This document shows, piece after piece, positions 1 through 13,270 of a stretch of DNA of 64,000 nt. Within the stretch, counting starts at the first letter, position 1. The number at the start of each line of letters is the position of its first letter. The notes under the pieces were generated by a model. It did no database searches and was not told the origin of the DNA. It saw only the letters and a program-made list of their open reading frames with translations. The position numbers and the translations under genes were made by a program. The stretch comes from Octopus vulgaris (taxonomy: Eukaryota), in assembly GCA_951406725.2 (NCBI GenBank), contig OX597829.1, positions 6,200,001 to 6,264,000 on the forward strand. The letters are read 5' to 3'.

Positions 1-1121
1 TTCCCCATTGGAGACTGTGAATGAATTGGACACTACCCATCTAGGTGTATCAGGAGCCATCATCCCTTGATGGAAAGAAATGATGACATTGGCTATCCTT
101 GCGAGAACAACAAACTTTCTAAGGGCAACCCAAAGTGTCCAAAGTGCATCCCTAGATATGGTGTCGAAAGCTTTAATTAGATCTAAAAAAGTGACAAAAA
201 GGTCTAGGTTGTACTGACGAGCCTTTTCCTGCAGTTGACTCAAGCTGAAAATTATATCCACTGAGCCTGCACCAGCCCAAAAGCCACACTGAGATTCTAA
301 GCAACACTAAACTGATAAGGGTAACATTTAGTCGGTTCAAGATAACCCGTCCAAGAGCGGTACCTCTGTGGTTGTTACATTCACGTTCACATTTGTTACA
401 AATGCGCTTATAATGATGGACAATAGAAGCGTCTTTCGAATCTTGTTGGAATGATCCTGATTCCAAGACTAAGGAGAAGAGTTCACATAATTTTTTCAGC
501 AAGAGATTGCTAACACATTTGTATATCTCGGATGGAATATCATCGTTCCATTCATGTGTTGCTGTATGGCCTTTTTGTTTTGTTATCTCAGCATCTGCTG
601 GAGTAACTGATAGTTCTTCAAGGACAGGCCTCTGTGGTAGGTTGTTGATCGGTTATTCATCAACAACTGAGCCCATATTCAGAACATTTGAGAAATGCTC
701 TGCCCAGCGTTTTGCTATCTTACTTTTGTCTGTTAAAAGATTACCTTTTATTGAAAGCATGGGAGTTAAGCCATCAGAAACAGGTCCAAAAACACCGTTC
801 AAATTCTGATAGAGTCACATCTGCCCTCAGCATCCTGCAACTCTTGTTTCTTTTTTCACCACTGTGTCTGTTTCATTTGCCTCAGTTGGGATTGGCATGT
901 ATTTATGGCTTTTTAAAGCTCGTTGCGCTTAGTGGGATTATTTTTGTTTCACATTCATTGACAATGACACTTGTCATATTGTTCTGAAGAGGAGAGATGT
1001 TTGGATCATTTGAGTCGAACCAAACTTTATACATCCTCTTAACATACCAAAGTAGTTCACAAGACGATTCAAACACAGCATTTTTAAAAGCAGACCACAT
1101 CATCCCATATGAATATATCAC
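1..1121 (-). mobile_element. Degenerate RTE-clade LINE fragment (linker and RT N-terminus)
   Basis: Minus-strand peptides AFKNAVFESSCELLWYVKRMYKVWFDSND and LKKLCELF...DASIVHHYKR...CNNHRG...GRVILNRL resemble the RTE WFDEND and pre-RT NYRGI-type regions; many stops and frameshifts. Confidence 0.75.
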
Positions 1122-1329
1122 AAACTACGCGCTCATTGAGGTCACGGGGTGGGGAGAAGTTTATCATGGATAAAGACTCCGCTCAACTGGCTACGTAGCT
1201 CTTTATCTTATGTCCCCAGACGAATCAAAATCAAAACTAGAATTTATTTGTAGTAATAACACTTGAAAATAATCAAGAAATATGTGGGAATATTTTACAC
1301 ACTTCTGAACATGTACCGATTACCACCAC

Positions 1330-1760
1330 AGTAATGAATGGCATATTGCTTCCTGCAACCTCTTCATCCCTTATGGCTAGGTTCTTTTTCTTTTTGATTT
1401 GTTGGTAACCATTCTATTACCAAATTATATTGCATCAGATCAGCAGTCTCCTTGGCTTCTTTCTACTTTCATTTTGTCCTTCTTGCAATGGAATCTCCTT
1501 CTCCAGGAAGCTACACGCTTTATCAGCTGACAATTTCTAGGGTAACGATAAGCAAGTAATAGGTCGGTAATTATTAGCTTCCCTTCTCTTTTCTTTGTTC
1601 TTCATTATCGGTTCTGTCGTTTCCTTTGTCATCCATGTTGATATACCATTTCCATATGGCCAAAAGAAGCTGTTATATAAAGTCAAGAGATTTTTGAACC
1701 AGAATCACTGAACATCATCTGGTTCGGACGCTGTCCAAGTCGGCATTTTCTTAAACATCT
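1330..1760 (-). mobile_element. R4/Dong-clade non-LTR RT fragment
   Basis: Minus strand reads WMTK...IMKNKEKRREANNYRPITCLSL, matching the NYRPISC region of the element at 45016; heavily frameshifted. Confidence 0.7.
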
Positions 1761-3239
1761 GTTAAATCTGTAAAATTAATTTTCTTCTCCTGCTCGATTT
1801 CGCTTCACCGAAATCAATTTGGCCTTTCATCCCCGTCAAATATTGCGGTTGATGGTGTTGATTAACCCTGTTCACGTAAAATTATTGGCTTTGTGCCTAA
1901 AACAGAAATGATTATTACTATTATAATAGTAATACATTCAATTATCTAGGCTAATTATTTAGACACATGGCCAACATTTATAATACATTAAAAGTCATTT
2001 TGAATCTTGCTTACTTGCTTGCAATGTTACTCCACCAAACTGTTGCATAATGGGAAAATACTGTAAATTAAGTTTACTCTGAAATGTTAATACGAACGGA
2101 ATGAAACAAGTTTCGCGTAATTCGGTAAAGTGATTTTTCGATATATTAGTGATTTTTGAGGTATAAATACACAGAACGGTGCATAATTGAAAAATGTTCC
2201 GAAAATAATCTTCATCCTGAAAAGGAAGAAAATCTTATTTTTCTTTTAGACAGTGAGTTGACGACGAAAAATACGATTTGTTTTTTACAGTAAATGTCTC
2301 TATTTTCACTTTCTTTAAACACAATATTTTAATCATTTAAAAATATTTTAAAGTGAATGTGATTTCAAAAATGTAAGTTGTTTGTATAGTTAGTATTTAT
2401 ATTTCAGCTTTCTTAAAACAGAAAATATTTAATGTCGTTTAAATTATTTTCAAGTGAATACTATTACAAAACATTTTATGGCTTATCTAAAAAATATTCT
2501 CAAGTAAAAATGATTTTAAAATACATTAAATATTTCGTAAGAGACCCGTTCGTAACCCCAGTGTGAGTAGTTTCTTCGAGTGCATTCTATGTATCTCACC
2601 TCCAAAGATTTGGCTGCTTCTTCTAGAACGCCCTGCTACCACGTAACAGCTATTTGCAATAAAGGACCCAAAATAGTTGTTACTTGGTAGCAGGGCGTGC
2701 AAAAAATAGCAGCCACATTTTCCCTTTTTCTGTAGAGAGGAGCCGCCGTGATTTCGATGTCACATTTGTTGAATTGATGCGAAATAACCAAGAATAGAAG
2801 AGAAAAATCTCCACGAAACAAAACTCCGTTGCTGAGAAACTCAGTTTCCCGGTGACCCAATAAGTCAGGGGAAGTCTCGTATATGTTAAATTTGAATTAG
2901 CGTAAAAGAAAATCAGAATTATTAGTTACATAATTGACGGTGTAAAATAGTGTCTCAAATATATTTCTATGTGATTTTCCTTAGACTGTAACTAGCTATA
3001 ACTTCAGTAAACAATATGTAGATAAGCAATCTGATGTTCATTTAATAATAGATATTTTAATGTAAAAATCGATCTATTCAAACAACACAGTAAAAGATTG
3101 CTGCGAAGTAAACATGTTGTTTATTTTTAGAAGTGATTTATAATTCCCTGTTTACCAGTATCGCCCACAATAAGGTCAATATACTTTTCAAATTGTGTGT
3201 ACATACTTATGCATATACACAAATATGCAAGCATGCCTA

Positions 3240-3303
3240 TACATATACATACACACACACATATACACACGCAAACATACATACATACATACATATATAC
3301 ATC

Positions 3304-3342
<39 letters not shown>

Positions 3343-3392
3343 ACATATATGTGTATACACATATATATATACATATATAAATACATATGTAT

Positions 3393-3475
<83 letters not shown>

Positions 3476-3477
3476 GA

Positions 3478-3525
<48 letters not shown>
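3240..3525. repeat. Compound (TACA)n/(TA)n microsatellite
   Basis: Directly visible. Confidence 0.95.
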
Positions 3526-3658
3526 GAAAGCAAACTTTGGATGCGTTTCTTACAGGCAAGAAAGTAAATTTCATACGTAGTATTCTGTGAATTTAGCAGT
3601 GAAAAATTGGGTATTTTACCCGCATAAGACGGGAAAATATTACCAGTATGTATGAACA

Positions 3659-3707
<49 letters not shown>

Positions 3708-3860
3708 ACTCATACACACACACACACACGCACTCACACACACATACAAATACACATATGCAAATTTCTATATATAGATATAAGAGGGAAAGAAAAATAG
3801 ATAGATAGAAATTGAGAGGGAAAGAGAGATGGGATATAGACAGAGACAAATATAATCATA

Positions 3861-4345
3861 TATCGGGGATCATCCCATAAATAATGCAGTTGTTTTATAC
3901 TTGTTATATTTTTCAAAATGAATATAAACAAAGTTATTTTTTAATCTAAAATATGCTCTCCTTCATTTTCTACAATGCTCTTCCATCTATCTGGTAGATT
4001 TGCAAGGCCCCTTTTCCAAAATTTACTCCTCCAGTACTATTTTGACCTCGTCTACAGAATTCATTTTTATATCATGTAAAAGATTTTGAAAACTGCAGAA
4101 TAAATGATAATCAGATGGGGCCATGTCCAGTGAATTTTGTGGGTACGTTTTCGTTTCTCATTCAAGCTTGAAACCAAAGATGGTAACTTTTCTTCTAGCG
4201 CTGACCTAAGTCCATCAAGTTGCTCGCAGAGCAGCTCTCCTTTGTTCTCCTTTGTTGTCGTTTGGTTTGAGCTTAAAAGTTCAAAGTGGACTAAATCTTT
4301 CATATCCCATCAAACAGACAACAACACCTTACGCGGATGTTTCGT
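3861..4345 (-). mobile_element. Mariner transposase remnant (3' part)
   Basis: Minus strand HPRKVLLSV*WDMKDLVHFELL...CEQLDGLRSALEEKLPSLV and C-terminal FWKRGLANLPDRWKSIVENEGEHILD*; putative right terminus near 3861; left TIR not found. Confidence 0.8.
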
Positions 4346-4731
4346 TGTTTACCCGATTTCGTGCTTTGCGTATGCTGTCATTTAGCAGCAGATGGCTGAT
4401 AGCCATTGTACACTAAGTTCCTGAGGAACCGCTTGATGTTGATAGCTTTGTCGGTTACTTCACTACATATCTCTTATGCGCGTGATCTCATTCTGTATGT
4501 AAGCGGCTTTGGCTCTGGTGGGCAGAGTTCATAATATACGAACAATTTCCTGCCTAATGCAACTGGAACAATCTCAGAATTGTATAAACGACAATGCAAA
4601 CTTCATATAATCAAGGTCTATCCTCGTTTGGATAATTTACTATTTACAGAGTTCTGCTAGCTACAAAACATGTAACCTGGATGTTATCTACTCCAATCCT
4701 TTATATTTGAATATACACACGTACATATATG

Positions 4732-4819
<88 letters not shown>

Positions 4820-4873
4820 CATACGTACATACGTGCATACATACATACATACATACATACATACATACATACA

Positions 4874-4908
<35 letters not shown>

Positions 4909-4995
4909 CTCTTATGATAAAAGGCAGATTTTCTCTGCCTCCCAAACCGTTCGTTTTTTATACAATTGTACAATATAGAATTTCTTCAATTGGAA

Positions 4996-5540
4996 TTTAC
5001 CTATGATTTTTCCAAGTAGATTTCATTGGGTCATGGCATGTAAAGTTTTTTCAATTTTATCCCCCAATTAAGCAAAAATTCGAGAAAACTCAATATTTTA
5101 CGATTTCCCTCTTCCATTTCAAGTGCTTCACTCCTTCCATTACCACTACACTTTCTCCTCCTTTCTCTTTGCAAGTGTGCAACAATTAAAGTGAAAGTAT
5201 TTATATCTCAAAAAAATACAGAGCAAATTTCAACTGCTCCACTCATGCTATCACCCTAATTTCTCCTACTTTCTCTTTGCAAGTGTACCTTAAACCACTA
5301 CTCAAAAAGATACACAGCAAACAGAAACAAATAAATACATAACGATTTACTCCTCACACAATTTCTTCAATTAGAGTTTACCTATGATTTTTCCAAGTAC
5401 ATTCCATTCGGTCATGGCATACAAATTTCTTTCAATTTGACCCCCAATTAAGCAAAAATTCGAGAAAACTCAATATTTTACGATTTTCCTCTCTCCCTTC
5501 AAAGGCTTTACTCTGCCTATTACTCCCACTTCCTCTTTAC
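4996..5540 (+). repeat. Diverged direct duplication (about 165 bp, at 4996 and 5378) inside the Helitron 5' region
   Basis: TTTACCTATGATTTTTCCAAGTA...CCCCCAATTAAGCAAAAATTCGAGAAAACTCAATATTTTACGATTT occurs twice. Confidence 0.85.
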
Positions 5541-5620
5541 TCACATAGACACGCAAACCTATACATATATGACAGTGTCAATTGTTGAAAGAAAATTGTA
5601 AGCTAACGTGTGTGTGTGTG

Positions 5621-5661
<41 letters not shown>

Positions 5662-6213
5662 CAGGGATGAGCCATTCATACTGGTTATCCTTTTTGCTAG
5701 AAGGAGATCCGCTATGGTCTTATATGCTACACCACTGGCTTTCAATTCATATTAATCAAATTAATATTCAATTTTTCACCCTTATTATGTGTGTGTGTAT
5801 TAGCAATTCGTATAAAATTGCATCAATGACTTGTACTTGAATAAGTGGTTTCACATAAATGGGGATAAATTAAAAAGGTTTGTTGTTAGTATTATTACTG
5901 TTTGACTATTGTAATCACGTTTGTTGGTTCCTCGCCAGGGAAACGTTGTTGTGTTGCATTTTTTAAATAATTGTAAACCGTAACCCTCCCCCTTTCGGAG
6001 AAGGGGCTTTGGTTATTGTTTCAAAATTGAATGGTGTCCCTGTTTGGGGAGATTGACAATATTTTCACCGTCTTTACACATATATATATACACATATATA
6101 CATGCATAATATATCTACCCATACACACACACGCACACAAACACACTCACACATACATAGGGACAGGTGTGGCTGCGTGGTAACAAACTACGTTCGAAGA
6201 TACTGTAATTGAT

Positions 6214-7400
6214 ATGGGCGGTAGTGCCTTGCCGGTCTATGGCCTACCTTCAACAAACACTCTGTCTTCACATTTGCTGCGTGAGACATGTTTAAATGTT
6301 GATGAGCTTTCCAAGTACATAGCCGACAATGAGCCAAAGCTCTTTCTAGAACACAAGTTCGCTTACAACTCCGTTGTTAATTCAGTCCGGGCCAAAACTG
6401 GGAGGATTTTTTTCCTGGACGCTCCTGGGGGCACTGGGAAAACTTTTCTCAACAAATTAGGCGAACACAAGGCATTGCCCTAGCTGTGGCATCATCTGGA
6501 ATTGCGCCTACTTTGTTGCCAGGCGGCAGGACAGCTCACTCCACTTTCAAGCTTCCGTTTAACTTAGCGAAGACTGAGACACCAACTTGCAACATCAGTA
6601 ACAGCTCCGATCAGACAGAAGTCTTCAGACGATGCAAGCTTATCGTTTGGGATGAATGCACGATGGCCCACAGACGTGCTCTTGAAGCACTAGATAGATC
6701 TCTCAGAGACATCAAACACTCTTCAGCTCCCGTGGGAGGCATAACACTTCTTCTTTCAGGGGACTTCCGACAAACACTTCCCGTTATTCCCAAAGGGACT
6801 AGAGCTGATGCAGTAAGTGCGTGTCTTAAGTCATCCACATTGTGGCCACTGGTGAAGACTCTCAAACTTCACACCAATATGCGTGCTCATATATGACGTA
6901 ATATCACATCAGCAGCATTTTCTCACACCCTCCTTGCACTTGGCGAAGGCAAAATACCAGGGGATGAAAATGGTAATATTGCCATCGATTCCATTTGTAC
7001 CATTGTCAAAACGCCTTCTGATCTCAGAGATGCAGTGTTCCCAGATCTACAAGCTAATTATCAGAATATGGATTGGATTGGCCAAAGGGCTATTCTGGCC
7101 CCGAGGAATAAAACTGTTCACCATATTAATGATGAAATGCTAAAACTCATTCCTGGGGAAGTCTATGTATATAAGTCTATCGATACAACTCCTGACCCAG
7201 AGGACGTCATCAACTATCCAATACAGGTACTCAATTCGTTTAAGCACCCCAGACTACCACCACACATTCTCAAACTTAAAGTTGGTGCCCCTATAATGCT
7301 CATTAGAAATTTGGTTCCCCCAAAACAATGCAATGGGACACGTTTGATCGTTAAGTCCTCATCTCCCGCCGTAAACTTATATCAATATTTGCCTGAATAA
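6214..7400 (+). pseudogene. Helitron RepHel PIF1-family helicase domain fragment (frameshifted, truncated)
   Basis: Walker A FFLDAPGGTGKTF, MASSGIA, GGRTAHSTFKLP, Walker B IVWDECTM, GDFRQTLPVIP, TNMR, RAILAPRN and LKLKVGAPIMLIRNL...CNGTRL across three broken ORFs; no Rep domain and no final helicase motifs. Confidence 0.92.
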
Positions 7401-7490
7401 TCATCATAATTCAGTGCAATCATTAACAGTACTTTCAAGCAATTCAGCCCCGAGCATCGCCGGGCAATTCTGCTAGTATATATATATTTG

Positions 7491-7569
<79 letters not shown>

Positions 7570-8359
7570 ATGTATGTATGCTGGCAAATGCACGCGTTTA
7601 AATTGCTGGTATTTTTTTCCAGTAAATAATAATTGCAGTACTGAGCAGCAAGGCAATCAATGTTTCTGATTAACCTAGGAACGGAAAATCAAATTGATGT
7701 CTGGTTATTGTGGAGGTCGTTGCACTTTAATAATGAGAGAGCATATAAATTTGAAATGGGAGTGGATTACGGATAATGGCTACAAAATATAGTTGTTTTA
7801 CATTTTACAAAATTGTCAGAAACATCCACATAAATGGTTTAATGAAGTTCAGGAAAAACGTTGAAACTTCCCCTCCACAAGTTTATCTTTTTCAACAGCA
7901 AAGAGAGCTATTTTTCGGAGAGCTAAGTTAACAAATGCCTCTTTATTCTATCTTCCCACATAGCCCGCGCATAAACTAACAGCGAATGCTGCATAAAGTT
8001 AAATTGGTATGGTGATTTTTGAAAGATACGTATAGCTTTCGCTAGTGGAAGAAAAACTTTTATTTAAAGGTAGATTCTCTGGGTCGAATCAATATGTGCT
8101 TGTTTAAAGAACGCTAGAATGACAATGTTAAATGCATTTAAAACAATGAACAACAGTCGAAATATCATAATGGATGGGTAAATATGCATCCTTAAAGTGA
8201 AACAACGCATTGGTAAGTAAACAAAGGTATCAACAAATAGAAAAAAGTGAAGGGAACATCACCTTTCAAGTAACTCAGAATAGGTAAAGGTAAACATGCC
8301 AAAGCTTAATGCGGTTTAAATATGGAGATTATGATTGTTTGGTATTGGATATTCATCAC

Positions 8360-8851
8360 AGTCAATTTGATCACTGTTGAGAGATGGACAGTCGAAATAA
8401 ATAGACAAAATACTTTCACTTTTATAAAAAGATTAAAAAAAAGTACGTAAGACACTACACACACAACAAATTATGTCTATTTAGGTCCATTTACGCGGGA
8501 GCTATGGTAGAATGTTTAGAGTATGACCATCTTTGGGCCATAAATAATATGTGTGCGTAAAGTTTGGAGAATTGGTTGAGAATTGTGGAAATATATGCGT
8601 TCAGTATTTCTAGTCAATTTAATCATAGTCACTGGTGGACAGTGGAAATAGATAAATAGACAAAATCCTTTCACATTTATAAAAAGATTTAAAAAATATT
8701 GAAGACCCCTACATACAAACAACTATGTCCATTTAGGTATATTTACGCGGGAGCGCTGGGCAACATGTTATAGTGCATAACCATCCTCTGGGCATAAGTA
8801 ATGTGTGTGTAAAGTTTGGTGAAAATCAGTTGAGAATTGTGGAAATGTATG
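8360..8851 (-). repeat. Two tandem diverged about 250-bp units, possibly Helitron-like 5' modules
   Basis: Units at about 8360 and 8612 share TAAATAGACAAAAT, ATTTACGCGGGAGC and GTAAAGTTTGG...GTTGAGAATTGTGGAAAT. The Helitron assignment is inferred from similarity to the element at 29733. Confidence 0.65.
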
Positions 8852-8916
8852 AGTTAGTCATTATATACTATATAGACGCATTATGTACACTATATATAGT
8901 CATCATATACTATATA

Positions 8917-9084
8917 TAGACGCAGGAGTGGATGTGTGGTAAGAAGCTTGCTTGCGAACCACATGGCTCCAGGTTCAGTCCCACTATGTGGCACCTTGGA
9001 CAGGTGTTTTCTACTATAGCCTCGGTCCGACCAAGGTCTCGAGAGTGGATTTGGTAGATCGGAACTGAAAGAAGATTGTCGTAT
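8917..9084 (+). mobile_element. tRNA-headed SINE family A (CORE-like), 5' half
   Basis: A-box-like TGGATGTGTGG, B-box-like GGTTCAGTCCC, CORE-like CACCTTGGACAGGT; aligns to the other family A copies. Confidence 0.85.
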
Positions 9085-9145
9085 GTATATACATATAAAC
9101 ATATATACATATACACATACATATATATACATATATACATATATA

Positions 9146-9202
<57 letters not shown>

Positions 9203-9203
<1 letters not shown>

Positions 9204-9614
9204 CTCTTTACTCTATTACTTGTTTCAGTCATTTGACTGCGGCCATGCTAGAGCACCGCCTTTAGTCGAGCAAATTTGACCCCGGAACTTATTCTTTGTA
9301 AGCCCAGTGCTTATTCTATCGGTCTCTTTTGCCGAACCGCTAGGTGACGGGGACGTAATCACACCAGCATCGGTTGTCAAGCAATGCTAGGAAGAAAAAC
9401 ACAGACACACAAACACACACACATACAAATATATATGTATACATATATACGACAGGCATCTTTCAGTTTCCGTCTACCAAATCCACTCACAAGGCATTGG
9501 TCGGCCCGGGGCTATAGCAGAAGACACTTGCCCAAGATGTCACGCAGTGGGACTGAACCCAGAAACATGTGGTTGGTTAGGAAGCTACTTACAACACAAC
9601 CACTCCTGCGCCTA
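9203..9614 (-). mobile_element. SINE family A, near full length
   Basis: Reverse complement of TAGGCGCAGGAGTGG...CTTGGGCAAGTGTCTTCT...ATGACTGAAACAAGTAA. Confidence 0.9.
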
Positions 9615-9692
9615 TATATATATATATATATGTATATATATGTCTGTCTGTATGTATGTGTGTGTGTATATATGTATGTATGTCTTTACGTC

Positions 9693-9787
9693 TTACAAAG
9701 AATACGTCTTGGGGTTGATTTGTTCGACTAAAGGCGGCGTTCCTGCATGGCCGCAGTGAAATGACTGAAACAAGTAAAAGAGTAAAA
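9693..9787 (+). mobile_element. SINE family A, 3' tail fragment
   Basis: TTACAAAGAATA...GACTAAAGGCGG...ATGACTGAAACAAGTAAAAGAGT. Confidence 0.8.
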
Positions 9788-9807
9788 AGTATATGTCTAT
9801 ATAAATA

Positions 9808-9859
<52 letters not shown>

Positions 9860-9871
9860 GTGTGTGTGTGT

Positions 9872-9937
<66 letters not shown>

Positions 9938-9938
<1 letters not shown>

Positions 9939-10206
9939 TTTATTTAAAGCAGCAGAAAATTCAACAAAACCTGTTACTCTGAGTTTCGCGTTGTATAGAT
10001 GGAGAGAGAAATATAAAAGACAAAATTGAAAACGATAAATGAAATGAAAGAAAGAATTAAACGAGAGAAATGGCAAGGAAACAAATATAAAGAAGAAAAA
10101 TGGTCCGTTCATCGGACAGTTTTTGCTAGCAAAAACTGTCCGATGAACGGCAATGCGAAACTCAGAGTAACAGGTTTTGTTGAATTTTCTGCTGCTTTAA
10201 ATAAAG
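9938..10206. repeat. Inverted repeat of a Penelope-like terminal fragment, left arm interrupted by an insert
   Basis: Perfect 46-bp palindrome at 10105-10150; 9938-9993 is the reverse complement of 10151-10206 (1 mismatch). Confidence 0.9.
10132..10178 (+). ncRNA. Minimal type I hammerhead ribozyme-like motif (Penelope-type)
   Basis: Stem I AAAACTGT/ACAGGTTTT; core CCGATGA (variant of CUGANGA); stem II ACG-GCAA-TGC; GAAA; stem III ACTC-A-GAGT; GTA triplet. Confidence 0.6.
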
Positions 10207-10275
10207 CATATTACTCTACCACTGGTATTTGAGTACTCTTTTTTCCACCTTGTTTCACTTTTATGTGTTTGCTCC

Positions 10276-10319
<44 letters not shown>

Positions 10320-10569
10320 GTGACCGCGTGTGTACCGTTGACGATTTTCTTCCTCCGTCTTCCCTTCTTTAGATCTTTCCTTTTCCAATGTTTCTGACGA
10401 AGAGCTCCGAAGTTTTGTATGCGTATTTCAATTATGTTCTTTTAGACTTCGTCTGTGTTGCCTCCCTAATAATATTATTTCGAATATCGCTGACTACAAG
10501 CACTATACTTTCCTTCTGTATTAATGTAAGTTATGGTCAATAACAAGCTCTAATTAAACTATATATTTT

Positions 10570-10631
<62 letters not shown>

Positions 10632-10645
10632 AGAGAGAGAGAGAG

Positions 10646-10914
10646 AGAATGATTGTATACTGTCAATCTAACAAGAACGTGACAGTAGGGGGTACACCAC
10701 CGCTGTATAGCCCTAGGAACCATCGAACGCCTCCTGATGGCTTTAACACATTTCCCCGTGTCCTTATATACATCCCCTTCGTAAATGTATATAAGGACAC
10801 AGGGAAAAATGTGTCAAAGCCATCAGGAGGCGTTCGATACTTCCTAGGGCTATACAGCGGTGGTGTACCCCCTACTGTCACGTTATTGTTAGATTGACAG
10901 TATACAACCATTCT
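10646..10914. repeat. 269-bp fold-back palindrome
   Basis: Arms 10646-10773 and 10785-10914 are near-perfect reverse complements around an 11-nt loop. Confidence 0.95.
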
Positions 10915-10966
10915 ATCGCCCCACCACCGTACATGTCTCTACGAGAGATTTAGAAATTCAATATTT

Positions 10967-11002
<36 letters not shown>

Positions 11003-11199
11003 TATATATATATACGTATATATATATATATATATACATATATATGTTCATATATCTGTATACATATACATAGATATATATGTATATGCATGTCTATACA
11101 TATATGCATATATATATATGTAAATATGTATGCATATACATGTATACATATATATGTATGTACATATATACGTGTATATATTCATATATATAGATGTAT

Positions 11200-11273
11200 A
11201 GATGTGACAAACGGGAACGTGAAACTCTGAGTTACATCTCTTGTGATAGTTTTGCAGCTTTAATAATAAAGTG

Positions 11274-11277
<4 letters not shown>
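11200..11277 (+). mobile_element. Penelope-like terminal fragment with decayed hammerhead, related to 10132
   Basis: AGATGT/ACATCT stem I, ACG-GGAA-CGT stem II, GAAACTCTGAGTT, then GCAGCTTTAATAATAAAG as in the 10132 copy; core reduced to GACAA. Confidence 0.55.
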
Positions 11278-11339
<62 letters not shown>

Positions 11340-12789
11340 TTTATGATTGTGTTGCACGTATCTCAAGTTTTCCCACATGTTAATATTTGGTTTACGTATT
11401 GAAAGACATGCTTTTTCAATTAGAAGTATGCTTTCCGCGGAATGCTTGTGTACTGCTGCCACATGTAATTTTCACTGATTTCATACACATTTCAGAAAAG
11501 TCTTGCCGGAACTTGCAATATTTACAGAAACCATAAATGCTTGTAGCTTTGTTGGTCGATACAGATTATCGCTGACCTTTACTCTAAAATCCTGCAGGAT
11601 CGATCAGAAATCTTTTCCACACGCTTAAAGCTTTTTATTTATATATTTATTTGACTGTTTCATTTCGATTATTTGTTTTTGTTTCTTTCGTTCAAGAGTA
11701 TTTTTGTTTTTTTAAAAATGTTTTTGATTCTTTTCTCCAATTCTTTTATTTTGTATACATTTTTTTCCTATTTATTTAGTTTCATGTTTATAATTCATTC
11801 GAATTTTTTTTTCGATTCCTACAAAGCGTATTGTATATTCTTTCTTCTATTCCTGCTATTCCTGCATTATTATCCTTATCATCATCATTTTATTAGCATT
11901 CTTCTTCCTTTTCATATTCACATACAAGAAACAACAACAATAATAATAGTAATAATAATATTATTATTACTATCATCATCATTATTATTATAGTTGTTTA
12001 TATGTCTTCGTCATCGTCAGCATCACCATGATAATGATGATGATGATGATCATCATCATCATCATAGTCATCATCATCATTCCCTCCACCTCATCATCGT
12101 CATCATCATCACCATATCATCTTCATCATCATTATCATCAATTACTCCTACCTTTCTCCCGTTCTCGTTTCACTCGCAACTCTTAAGTTTCTTTTTAATA
12201 AACCCTTTCCTGAGTCTTATATTGAAATTATCATTTTTTAAAACCATTTTTCTTCTTTATATTTGTTTCCTTGCTTTTTCTCTCGTTTAATTCTTTCTTT
12301 CATTTCATTTATCGTTTTCAATTTTTCCTTTACCTTTTGTCTTTTATATTTCTCTCTCCATCTATTTCCCACAATGCTCTTGTTTTCCTTTTCTACTTTA
12401 TCGCTCTTTTTCCATTTGTTTGCATTCATTCCTTTATAAATTACCTCTTTCTTTCCAGTCTTAATTTTTAAGTTCTAAATCGTTCATACTCTCTTTCTCT
12501 TTCTCATCCTCCAGTACTTCCAATCTCCAATTTTTCCTTTCTTTCCTTTCCTTCCACTTTTCTTTTCCTAATTCAATTTTGTTGTTCTCTCCACCAATCT
12601 TCAAAATATTCCTTTTCTCAATTTCACTCTCACGAATTCTTGAAGTTTTCTCTTTTTTAATCTTCAATATATTATTTTAACTTGAAAATAGCAATAAGGA
12701 TAAATGAATATATGGATGTTACATAATACATACATGCTAACATACACACATAGACGCACATATCACTTTTTCTCCCCTCTGTCTGTTTA

Positions 12790-13270
<481 letters not shown>

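Larger units (their letters stand above)
4908..7476 (+). mobile_element. Internally deleted Helitron with both termini
   Basis: A|TC start at 4908 after (TA)n; 3' hairpin CCCGAGCATCGCCGGG at 7448-7464, then CTAG|T at 7473-7477; PIF1 helicase fragment inside. The 5' boundary is less certain than the 3'. Confidence 0.75.

Noticed and set aside
6214-7400. Host PIF1 helicase gene
   Set aside because: Intronless, frameshifted and followed by a Helitron hairpin-CTAG end.
10646-10914. Hammerhead in the 269-bp palindrome, and its two mirror ORFs
   Set aside because: CTGATGG lacks the core A and a correctly placed GAAA; the ORFs mirror each other only because of the palindrome.
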